Shown: piece by piece, positions 18,535-25,729 of the stretch
Layout: each line of letters starts with the position of its first letter
How positions within the stretch are numbered: position 1 is the stretch's first letter
From: a virus
Taxonomy: Duplodnaviria; Caudoviricetes
DNA length: 28,972 nucleotides
Reading direction: 5' to 3' (one strand)
Virus record (IMG/VR): IMGVR_UViG_3300046786_000187
Location: 1-28,972 of that record
Made by a program: the position numbers and the translations under genes
The notes under the pieces: generated by a model
Seen by the model: the letters and a program-made list of their open reading frames with translations, nothing else
What the model was told of the DNA's origin: nothing
Databases searched by the model: none

Positions 18535-18889
18535 TTTTGATTTTTGTTGTTTGGTTTGTAGTTGCGAATGTACTTAAATCCCATTTACGAACGGCAGCCT
18601 TCCAATCTTTCATTGGATTCCTTCCCACCTTCCAACCATTGGCTTCGTAGTGAGCGTGGAATTTCTCGGTGAATTTAAGCGCATCGTCGTTGCTTAACTT
18701 TTCACAAGCGTATTCGTAGATTTCGACAACAGTTGGTTTGACAAATGCTGCCTTCTTTTCTTTAGTTGGTGCTGGAAGGTTAGCCTGTGGAACAGACAAA
18801 CGAATAAGAATATCGTTAATCTTTTGCTCTTGTTCTTGCATCGCAGCTTCAAGTTGAATAATTCGTTGTTTGAGTTGTAGTATTAACAT
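18467..18889 (-). CDS. replication initiator-like C-terminal domain protein (likely start 18889)
   Basis: FVKPTVVEI...KFHAHYEANGWKVGRNPMKDWKAAVRKW, a motif typical of phage replication protein C-termini; N-terminal coiled coil. Confidence 0.65.
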   Translation of the reverse strand: MLILQLKQRIIQLEAAMQEQEQKINDILIRLSVPQANLPAPTKEKKAAFVKPTVVEIYEYACEKLSNDDALKFTEKFHAHYEANGWKVGRNPMKDWKAAVRKWDLSTFATTNQTTKIKNGKFDSDAAQRIYNDAHNYTKG

Positions 18890-18900
18890 TGATTTTAGTT

Positions 18901-19089
18901 TTAATATTCGTCCCTTTCCATATCCGCATCTTCTTCGCGTGTACATTCGTAACAAAGACCTATTTCGTCTTCGAATAGTTCCTGTACGTCGCTGTCATCC
19001 CAGTCACGATATTTTCTGTTTGTGTGTTTGATGTCTGCAATTCGTTCTTCGATTGCTTCGCTGTCGCAATAACGGCAATAGTCGCTCAT
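18901..19089 (-). CDS. small acidic Zn-binding protein
   Basis: CRYC...CYEC in 62 aa. Confidence 0.65.
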   Translation of the reverse strand: MSDYCRYCDSEAIEERIADIKHTNRKYRDWDDSDVQELFEDEIGLCYECTREEDADMERDEY

Positions 19090-19616
19090 TTCTTTAATTG
19101 TTTTTTTAGTTTGATTTCTTTTTGGTGTTCAATATGCTCAACAAATTTAGTAAAAAACTTCATTGGTTTAGCATAACCAATATCATTTAATAAATAACAG
19201 ATTCTTTCAACGTCTTGACGGTAGTATTTATCGCACTCAATCTGCCAACTTACCTGCTTGATTCCGTGTAATACTGTCGCGTGGTCTTTTCCGTAATGCT
19301 CACCAATGTGCGTAAGGCTCAACATATAGCAAGGACGGACAATAAAAAATATGATTTGTCTTGCATTTACTATCTCGCGCTTGCGCGTCTTGTTGTAAAG
19401 CATTTGAGAAGGTATTCCCAAGACTGAACATGTAACGTCTTCGAGTGCGCTCCAGAACATTTCCTTTTCATTTTCAAGTTCCTGTTGCATTTGCAATTGC
19501 TCGCTTGTTAAACGCTCATAACGTGGAGTAATCATTGTCCAAAGTGTCTCGAAGCGTTCCATATATCTAAATGGAATCATATCCACTATCTCTTGTCTAA
19601 TCTGCTCGTTAGTCAT
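19086..19616 (-). CDS. DnaA C-terminal (domain IV) HTH protein
   Basis: TRKREIVNARQII...SLTHIGEHYGKDHATVLHGIKQV matches the DnaA domain IV signature; no AAA+ domain. Confidence 0.85.
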   Translation of the reverse strand: MTNEQIRQEIVDMIPFRYMERFETLWTMITPRYERLTSEQLQMQQELENEKEMFWSALEDVTCSVLGIPSQMLYNKTRKREIVNARQIIFFIVRPCYMLSLTHIGEHYGKDHATVLHGIKQVSWQIECDKYYRQDVERICYLLNDIGYAKPMKFFTKFVEHIEHQKEIKLKKQLKK

Positions 19617-19848
19617 TTTCTTCGTTAATTAAGATTGTTGGTGTAAATGTGCTGAATACTTCTTCTCTTGAAAGACCTGTGTGAAGGCAAATGTTATTGA
19701 AGTCTTTAATTCTCATTCGCTCTGGGTATGCAACGTAAAGTCGTGCTGTTGGATCACTGATTCGAAGAACGTTCTTGAAGTTGTGCATCGTCTTAAATTG
19801 ACTTTTTACAAGTCGCCCGAATGGTGTTTTGTATATTGCTTTACTCAT
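19609..19848 (-). CDS. putative Xre/Cro-like HTH protein (likely start 19848)
   Basis: MSKAIYKTPFGRLVKSQFKTMHNFKNVLRISDPTARLY...IKDFNNICLHTGLSREEVF. Confidence 0.5.
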   Translation of the reverse strand: MSKAIYKTPFGRLVKSQFKTMHNFKNVLRISDPTARLYVAYPERMRIKDFNNICLHTGLSREEVFSTFTPTILINEEND

Positions 19849-20074
19849 CTTGACCTCCGTAAGTTTCGTTGTAGTATGACTCTGCATTTCTGTGATAAAA
19901 CCAAACATTTCTTGGAGATTGTTGGTCGCTTCTACCTTCACGATAAGCCTCCTCAATCTGCTCCTTCTCCATTTGCTTGAAGTGTTGTATCTCTTCATTA
20001 GTTAATACGGGGGTAAAACCTTCCTTGTTTAGTATGCTTACTAACAAGTCAACAGCAGTTTGTTTCTTTTCCAT
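19841..20074 (-). CDS. small phage protein of the KQTAV...MEKEQI...YYNETY type
   Basis: Recognisable motif family recurrent in Bacteroidota phages; function unknown. Confidence 0.75.
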   Translation of the reverse strand: MEKKQTAVDLLVSILNKEGFTPVLTNEEIQHFKQMEKEQIEEAYREGRSDQQSPRNVWFYHRNAESYYNETYGGQDE

Positions 20075-20086
20075 AGTTATTTAGTT

Positions 20087-20287
20087 TTAAAGTTTAATAT
20101 TATACATCATTTTGAATGCTTGAAAAAACAGCTCATGCTTATGCTCAGGAATATCTGTAAAATCTGCAATTATTTTAATTGGTAGTTCTCCTTGCCCTGC
20201 AATTTCTACTTCCGTCTCAATAGTAACGATAGGTTTTGAATGTTCAATAAGATTACCATTTATAGAATATACTGTGAGGTTTTCCAT
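20087..20287 (-). CDS. hypothetical protein
   Basis: 66-aa ORF tightly packed in the early operon. Confidence 0.65.
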   Translation of the reverse strand: MENLTVYSINGNLIEHSKPIVTIETEVEIAGQGELPIKIIADFTDIPEHKHELFFQAFKMMYNIKL

Positions 20288-20289
20288 TG

Positions 20290-20586
20290 TTATTTAGTTT
20301 TTAATAGTGGTTTAATTAGTTGCTCTTTCTTCTTGTTTTCTTCGTGGTTCGTTCCGCGTAGTTCTGGATTGCGTTCCTTAACTAAACGAGCAATTCGTGT
20401 GATGTTGTCCGCTGTGGTGTACTTTCCGAGTTCGTACATCGCGAAGAAATTGCTTGTTATATCTCTGCGTTCTGCAAATTGGTCTTGCCATATCTTCACA
20501 CAAAGTGCTTTGTTGTCATTTCGGTATTTTTTTGCTTGCTTGAGTAGTTTCTCAACACGCTTTTCAAGTGATACTAATTTTTTCAT
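20290..20586 (-). CDS. basic hypothetical protein
   Basis: 98 aa, YRNDNKAL...ADNITRIARLVKERNPELRG; A-rich leader. Confidence 0.75.
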   Translation of the reverse strand: MKKLVSLEKRVEKLLKQAKKYRNDNKALCVKIWQDQFAERRDITSNFFAMYELGKYTTADNITRIARLVKERNPELRGTNHEENKKKEQLIKPLLKTK

Positions 20587-20620
20587 TGTATTGATTTTGA
20601 TTCATTAAGTCATTGTGGCT

Positions 20621-20658
20621 TTATAAGGGACGGGAATCCAATCTTTCGCCCCTTATAA
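20621..20658 (-). other. 12-bp stem-loop downstream of the SSB-like gene
   Basis: Minus strand TTATAAGGGGCG/CGTCCCTTATAA (one G.U pair), 14-nt loop, no U tract. Confidence 0.65.
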
Positions 20659-20670
20659 GACACATTAAAT

Positions 20671-21348
20671 TTAGAATGGCAATTCGTCTTCGTCGTCCAT
20701 TTTTATTGGTTCATTCCACTTTGATTCTTTAACTAACCCGCTTTGCTCCAACATTGCTTTCGCTTTGTTCATTTGATCCGCTGAACGCTCTAAACGTTTG
20801 CTAAATTCAGCAGAAGAACTTACTTTATTTTGCAACCACTCTGGAAGCATCTTGAAACGCAAGTCGAAGTCTTCGCTGTCGTAGTCCAACAAGAACGAAG
20901 CGTTTACCTGTGCTGGGCAAGTCATTCCTTTCGCAAGTGGTGAAGCTCCTTTCAAATCTGCATAAGTGCGCCCTGTATTTGCTGTGCGGTGCATAACAGA
21001 AACCATTGCTTCTTTGCCTAACAAAGTACCGATGTCGAATTTGTTCGCTTCTGCGTCTGACATTGCCTTGCCTAACCACGATTGAACGAAGGCGCGTAAG
21101 CCACTCTTTTCGTGCATTGACAAAGTAAAGTCGCGACCGATTGAGAATGGTTGTTCGCCTTTGCCGAAATCCGCTGTTTCAAGTGGTAATTCGAATACTA
21201 AGCGAACTTTGTTCACTAACTTTTCTTCACCTTGATAGGTGTCCACTATCGTTCCGATGTGAATGATTTGGTAGCAACGTGCTACGTGTGTACCTGCGGG
21301 AACTGTTTGACCTCCGCTGTTGTTGTTTTGTTGTGCAATAATGCTCAT
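20671..21348 (-). CDS. putative ssDNA-binding protein (start 21348; alternative in-frame start 21474)
   Basis: VPAGTHVARCYQIIHIGT...LSMHEKSGLR OB-fold-like core and acidic SSB-type tail DDEDELPF. Confidence 0.7.
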   Translation of the reverse strand: MSIIAQQNNNSGGQTVPAGTHVARCYQIIHIGTIVDTYQGEEKLVNKVRLVFELPLETADFGKGEQPFSIGRDFTLSMHEKSGLRAFVQSWLGKAMSDAEANKFDIGTLLGKEAMVSVMHRTANTGRTYADLKGASPLAKGMTCPAQVNASFLLDYDSEDFDLRFKMLPEWLQNKVSSSAEFSKRLERSADQMNKAKAMLEQSGLVKESKWNEPIKMDDEDELPF

Positions 21349-21475
21349 TGTGTTGTTATTTTGTTGATTTATATAAGATTCAAATTTGTTTGCGAGTTTC
21401 GCTTCTTCATTTTGCCAGAACCATTCATTGGCTGACATTTGTTCTTCCTCGCTTATTCGCTTGTAGTAACCCATT

Positions 21476-21757
21476 TTAGATATGGTCTTGGAAGATACGA
21501 TAGTCAAACTCGAAAGTGATTCCGTCTTTCTTTAATCTGACGTAGTGAAGATCGTAGTCGGGTTCGTCTTTGCGTAAGAAATGACCAAGTACATCGAACT
21601 CAAAGACGTTTCCTTTTTCGTCTGTGAACTGGCGACCTTCGTTTTCGTGAAACCAACCGTTGTCGTGTTCGTAGTTTTCTGCTATTACTTTGATTTCTTC
21701 ATTCAGACGCTCGATGTCGTCCATACTAAAGTGATAAGTGATTTTTGGATTGTACAT
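21476..21757 (-). CDS. hypothetical protein
   Basis: 93 aa, acidic; leader AAAATCAAAATCA before the ATG. Confidence 0.75.
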   Translation of the reverse strand: MYNPKITYHFSMDDIERLNEEIKVIAENYEHDNGWFHENEGRQFTDEKGNVFEFDVLGHFLRKDEPDYDLHYVRLKKDGITFEFDYRIFQDHI

Positions 21758-21905
21758 TGATTTTGATTTTTAGTGGTTACAAATGTATTCAATTAGTTCA
21801 TCGTTCCAACGCAATTCTGAAATTTTTTGATGTTTCTCAATGTTCGCGCTAATCTCGTTGTGCGTTAGGTTGTAGGCTGACGCGCTCGAATAAACGCAAA
21901 TAAAG

Positions 21906-22130
21906 TTAGATTTCTTTTGGTGGCTTTGGTAGTTCTTTCCAATGCGTTGTAACAATGTGCTTGAGTACTCGTTCAAGTTTGTCAATTCTAAAGGCGCAAT
22001 ACGCATCCCAATCCAATGTTCCATTTCTCTTATCACCCCAATAATTTTGGGCGAGGATAATAGCTTCTTGAATTTCATTGATGTCTTCTGGAAATAGAAG
22101 TGGTGTTTTGCATTTGTTTTCATTGTTCAT
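21906..22130 (-). CDS. hypothetical protein
   Basis: 74 aa with a good A-rich leader; overlaps an alternative frame at 21770-22123. Confidence 0.6.
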   Translation of the reverse strand: MNNENKCKTPLLFPEDINEIQEAIILAQNYWGDKRNGTLDWDAYCAFRIDKLERVLKHIVTTHWKELPKPPKEI

Positions 22131-22148
22131 TTGATTTATGGTTTTGAT

Positions 22149-22400
22149 TTAGATTTCTTTTGATTCAATTACTTCTTCGCGTGGTGTTGCTGACTTAATA
22201 TTGTCATATGCAGATTTTGCATCTTCGTAACTCGAATACGACATATGAAACTCTCCATTGACTACAATTTTGTAATACATATCTGTCAGCGTCGTTTTTT
22301 GAATTAGTTCTACTTTCATTTTATTTTCTTGTTTTGTGTTTAAAAAGTTATCGTTAATGTTCGCAAGGTCATTGCAAAAATCTTCTATAAATTGACTCAT
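22149..22400 (-). CDS. hypothetical early protein (alternative start 22319)
   Basis: ATGA-coupled start at 22400 and a second in-frame ATG with an A-rich leader at 22319. Confidence 0.7.
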   Translation of the reverse strand: MSQFIEDFCNDLANINDNFLNTKQENKMKVELIQKTTLTDMYYKIVVNGEFHMSYSSYEDAKSAYDNIKSATPREEVIESKEI

Positions 22401-22510
22401 TTTGTTATGTGATTTGGTTGTTGTTCTAATTGTCTTGTTGATTCATCGATTGATCCTGCGATTAACATTCCTGCGAATAGCATCGCGATAAAGATTAGTG
22501 TTTTTTTCAT
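22397..22510 (-). CDS. 37-aa membrane/signal peptide (likely start 22510)
   Basis: MKKTLIFIAMLFAGMLIAGSIDESTRQLEQQPNHITK. Confidence 0.65.
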   Translation of the reverse strand: MKKTLIFIAMLFAGMLIAGSIDESTRQLEQQPNHITK

Positions 22511-22514
22511 TGTA

Positions 22515-22721
22515 TTAAGAGTATTGAACGATTTCGATTTCAATCTCTGGCTTGTTGCCTTCTGAATATGCGTAGTATTGGTCTTCGCGAACTTCAAGTG
22601 ATAAGTCAGACGCGTGACGCATTAAACAATCGACTGCTTGATATTCAGTTAAGAAGTCATAAGACCAATCAATTCTTATCGGTTGACCTGCGATGTGTGT
22701 GGTTTTTGTTACTTGGTACAT
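22515..22721 (-). CDS. first early gene, hypothetical (likely start 22721)
   Basis: MYQVTKTTH...IVQYS; follows the promoter and an A/C-rich leader. Confidence 0.7.
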   Translation of the reverse strand: MYQVTKTTHIAGQPIRIDWSYDFLTEYQAVDCLMRHASDLSLEVREDQYYAYSEGNKPEIEIEIVQYS

Positions 22722-22767
22722 TTTGTTTTGTTTTTGTTTATCTTTGTTTGTGTTGTTAATTGTTTGA

Positions 22768-22797
22768 CAAATATATGCTAAACTTTTGAGATAGCAA
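22768..22797 (-). promoter_or_regulatory. early promoter, Bacteroidota consensus
   Basis: Minus strand TTG (22797-22795)-N19-TATATTTG (22775-22768), an exact match, at the head of the leftward operon. Confidence 0.85.
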
Positions 22798-22842
22798 GAA
22801 AAAAATAAACTTTTTTTGAAAATAATTTCTAACTGATTGAAA

Positions 22843-23247
22843 ATGAACATCAAGACATATAAAAAAACATACAAAAAAAGTAGTGTGAAGCGTAAAATTG
22901 TACCCGAAAGCGAAGCAAACCAACAAGAAATCGTAATTAAATACCTTCGTTTAGCATATCCAGAAGCATTGTATTGCGCTTCAGCAGGTGGAATGAGAAC
23001 GAGTTATTTACAAGCAATCAAGATGAAACGCACAGGTTACGTTAAAGGCTTTCCCGATCTGTTCATATACGAACCACGCGGAGAGTTTCACGGTCTCGCT
23101 ATTGAGATGAAGAAAGAGAAAGGGGGTGTTGCTTCACCAGAACAGAAGCGTTGGCAGGAACAATTAAGAAACAGAAACTATTGTTCTTATATTTGTAAAG
23201 GAAGTGAGGAAGCTATCAAAAGAATAGACGAATACTTGAATGGGTGA
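22843..23247 (+). CDS. VRR-NUC family nuclease (putative Holliday junction resolvase)
   Basis: ESEANQQ, KGFPDL, AIEMK and SPEQKRW PD-(D/E)xK motifs; start uncertain. Confidence 0.88.
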   Translation: MNIKTYKKTYKKSSVKRKIVPESEANQQEIVIKYLRLAYPEALYCASAGGMRTSYLQAIKMKRTGYVKGFPDLFIYEPRGEFHGLAIEMKKEKGGVASPEQKRWQEQLRNRNYCSYICKGSEEAIKRIDEYLNG

Positions 23248-23747
23248 AACTTGACCAATACATAGAAGGACACTACAAAAAGTTCAAAGAACTTGCGAAA
23301 GGAATTGCGCGAGGTGAGGACTACTATGAAGACTTGCTTCACGATTCTTTGTTGTCTATGTTTGGCTCGAAGCACATTGAAAACTTAATTGAAAAGGACG
23401 AGTTCGAATTTTATCTCATTCGTGTTATGTATTTATCTGTTAACTCACCGAACTCACCTTTTTATCGTCAGACAATCGCGTGGAATAGAAACAGACGCGA
23501 CTTTAAAGAATACGCTCACGAGGTGGACAAGACGTGGTTAGGCGCACGAATGACAAACGAGCAACTGGATATTCTTATAAGTCGTCTAACCGAGTTCGAA
23601 AGACTAATCTTTCAAGAGTATATCTTCGAAGGTTTCACATATCGTGAATTTTCAAAACAAACAGGAATACCAACTGTTTTCCTTTACCGAACCATTGATA
23701 GTATTAAACAAAAAATAAGAGCAAATGTTATTCGCAAAAAGCAATGA
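23244..23747 (+). CDS. phage ECF-like sigma factor (probable late regulator)
   Basis: Region 2 (YEDLLHDSLL...FYLIRVM) and region 4 HTH (LTEFERLIF...TYREFSKQTGIP). Confidence 0.75.
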   Translation: MKLDQYIEGHYKKFKELAKGIARGEDYYEDLLHDSLLSMFGSKHIENLIEKDEFEFYLIRVMYLSVNSPNSPFYRQTIAWNRNRRDFKEYAHEVDKTWLGARMTNEQLDILISRLTEFERLIFQEYIFEGFTYREFSKQTGIPTVFLYRTIDSIKQKIRANVIRKKQ

Positions 23748-24156
23748 GTACAAAAGACGACTTGAAATTTGTCGCACCTGTAAATTTTTCGAAGCATCAA
23801 CGCAGTCTTGTGGCCCATTGATCGTAGGTGAAGAAGTAGAAACAGAAGTCCTATTCCGCAAGAAATCAATCAAACTTTGTGGGTGCGTAATGCCTATTAA
23901 AGCGAAGTTAGCCTTCGCACAATGTCCAGCATCGAAATGGTCGGGAGTGTTGTCTCTTGAGGAGCAAAAAGAGTTCAAGCGTTTCCTGCTCGATATGAAG
24001 GCGCAAGGACGTTTAGAGGACAGAGACTTGATTAAATTCTATTCGTTTAAAGATAAGGCTACAGGAGCGTTCAATGAGCGTTCAACGTGTTCACCTTGTG
24101 TCCGCAAAGACATCAATATGTTTCTTGAATCGATGAAGGATGTGAACGTTGACTAA
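23725..24156 (+). CDS. Cys-rich metal-binding protein
   Basis: RRLEICRTC, CG, LCGC, CPASKW and a second CSPC motif. Confidence 0.7.
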   Translation: MLFAKSNEYKRRLEICRTCKFFEASTQSCGPLIVGEEVETEVLFRKKSIKLCGCVMPIKAKLAFAQCPASKWSGVLSLEEQKEFKRFLLDMKAQGRLEDRDLIKFYSFKDKATGAFNERSTCSPCVRKDINMFLESMKDVNVD

Positions 24157-24380
24157 ATGTACAGGTGAAATTCTTGTAAACTCGATACGTTGCCTCTGGT
24201 GTTCTTATTGATGTCGTGCCAACGCATACCACTCAAAAAGAAATCGACGGTCTTATTCGGTGTGAAAACGCGAAAGTGTCCGTGTTGGAAGTGATGCCAA
24301 GTAATAACATTATTTGTCTTGTAGTTAGTAAGCAATTGAATGAATAATTCTTGCTTTGCTTTCTTGTTTATTTTACTCAT
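24153..24380 (-). CDS. 75-aa hypothetical protein, lone antisense gene
   Basis: Fills the gap exactly; A-rich leader CTAAAATAT; downstream of the minus-strand promoter at 24829-24858. Confidence 0.7.
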   Translation of the reverse strand: MSKINKKAKQELFIQLLTNYKTNNVITWHHFQHGHFRVFTPNKTVDFFLSGMRWHDINKNTRGNVSSLQEFHLYI

Positions 24381-24399
24381 ATATTTTAGTTATGGACAT

Positions 24400-24745
24400 A
24401 GAAAGGTTTATGGGTGAAAAGACATTAACTCACGTTTACACCTTATCATTATTCCTTTTAACTACTACTTTAATAGTGATTAGTAGTTACTCATAATTCA
24501 GAAGATCCTGATGGGTTACAGGCAATCAGTTAACTTGTCTAAGTTTCACCCCCAAGTTGCACCTCTGCATTGCTTGGATTATTATAACTGTTGTTACTGG
24601 TTAATTGTATAATCTCACAAATGATACTCAATGTCATTCATTACCACTACAAATAACCTTCCTTCTAATTATCACGTTCATTCACTAACTTCTCACTTCG
24701 TTAGTATGGGTTGAATGTGGTCAAGACCATTTCTCAAATTGCTAC
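24400..24745 (-). ncRNA. candidate structured non-coding RNA or long leader
   Basis: No ORF of 60 aa or more; three-part 19-bp stem 24412-24430/24528-24551 enclosing hairpins 24459-24489 and 24507-24522; further hairpins 24684-24705 and 24718-24729. Confidence 0.5.
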
Positions 24746-24826
24746 AAAAAAATGCCCCGCACACCGTACTCGATTACTTAAAATCAGCACAATGCTTGGG
24801 GCAATGCTTTAAAGTAAAATCGAGTA
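24746..24826 (-). promoter_or_regulatory. transcription attenuator (terminator/antiterminator)
   Basis: Terminator UGCCCC-aa-GCAUU-GUGCU-GAUU...AAUC-g-AGUAC-GGUGU-gc-GGGGCA-U7; the 5' end UACUCGAUU is complementary to AAUCGAGUA inside it. Confidence 0.7.
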
Positions 24827-24828
24827 TT

Positions 24829-24858
24829 CAAATATACTTCATTCAATCAATCAAACAA
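24829..24858 (-). promoter_or_regulatory. Bacteroidota consensus promoter
   Basis: Minus strand TTG (24858-24856)-N19-TATATTTG (24836-24829), exact match. Confidence 0.85.
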
Positions 24859-24878
24859 CAAATAGATTTCAACAACTA

Positions 24879-24909
24879 TTGAATGTTAATAATTCATTTT
24901 GTATCTTTA
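24879..24909 (+). promoter_or_regulatory. divergent promoter for the terS cluster (leaderless)
   Basis: TTG (24879-24881)-N20-TATCTTTA (24902-24909)-GTGT-ATG (24914). Confidence 0.5.
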
Positions 24910-24913
24910 GTGT

Positions 24914-25267
24914 ATGATAATCATACCAGCTCAACTTGAAAGCGTAGGTACGCGAAAAGACAAGACTCTTAAATTGACATTTGGAACAAATGAACTTTCA
25001 CCTGCTCAAGCGTCAGAACTATTCACTATCGCTAATCAATTCGGTTACCTTGCGTTCAAAGACGAAGATTTTAAGCGCGAAGAATTAGACGCAGTAGAAA
25101 GTTTAAAGAGTGAACTTGAAGATACGCTCAAGAAGCCTTCACAACGTCTGAGAGGTGTTCTATTTAGACTATTCGAACAAGACAACGATGGGTTCAAAAC
25201 ATTCTCGAAATACTACGACTCGAAAATGGAGCAACTTATTAACCATTATAAGAGTAAATTAGGCTAA
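24914..25267 (+). CDS. conserved-type phage hypothetical protein
   Basis: 117 aa; TRKDKTLKLTFGTNEL, GYLAF, PSQRLRGVL; upstream of terS. Confidence 0.75.
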   Translation: MIIIPAQLESVGTRKDKTLKLTFGTNELSPAQASELFTIANQFGYLAFKDEDFKREELDAVESLKSELEDTLKKPSQRLRGVLFRLFEQDNDGFKTFSKYYDSKMEQLINHYKSKLG

Positions 25268-25315
25268 TTGTTACCTTCGAAGTGTAAACGAGAGTAGTTT
25301 TTATATTTATAAATT

Positions 25316-25729
25316 ATGAGCAAGGAAGAAAACAAACCACAAAACGCAACACTAAAAAAGAATGCTATGCTAAAGGCTCTCGAAAGCACTTTGGGTGTGG
25401 TGACTTCTGCGTGTGAGATTGTTGGAATAGACAGAACAACACACTATCGTTGGTTGCAAGAAGACGAAGACTACAAAGCGAAGGTTGAATCATTGTCAGA
25501 CCTTGCTGTTGACTTCGCAGAAAGTCAGTTGTTCGAATTGATTAAGGGAGCGCACCGCGAGGTGTCAACACCAGATGGTGAAGTAATCCGTATTCAAGAC
25601 GCACCAAACACAAGCGCAACAATTTTCTATTTAAAGACACGAGGAAAGAAACGAGGGTATGTTGAGCGAAATGAAATCGCAGGTGTTGCTGACGCACCTG
25701 TTCAGATTATTATCAATGACAAGTTATGA
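25316..25729 (+). CDS. terS: terminase small subunit
   Basis: N-terminal HTH (GVVTSACEIVGIDRTTHYRW), DFAESQL, ATIFYLKTRGKKRGYVER. Confidence 0.8.
   Translation: MSKEENKPQNATLKKNAMLKALESTLGVVTSACEIVGIDRTTHYRWLQEDEDYKAKVESLSDLAVDFAESQLFELIKGAHREVSTPDGEVIRIQDAPNTSATIFYLKTRGKKRGYVERNEIAGVADAPVQIIINDKL

Noticed and set aside
15962-22759. Plus-strand ORF-track calls within the leftward operon (e.g. 15962-16285, 19681-19980, 20240-20608)
   Set aside because: Antisense shadows of terL and the early genes
24507-24522. CTGATG resembling a hammerhead ribozyme core
   Set aside because: Reads CUGAUGG rather than CUGANGA, and no correctly placed GAAA and cleavage triplet were found
25272-25279. TACCTTCG as a -7 promoter box (similarly TACCTTCA at 26716)
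   Set aside because: The first lacks a properly spaced TTG and the second has two mismatches; too weak to call
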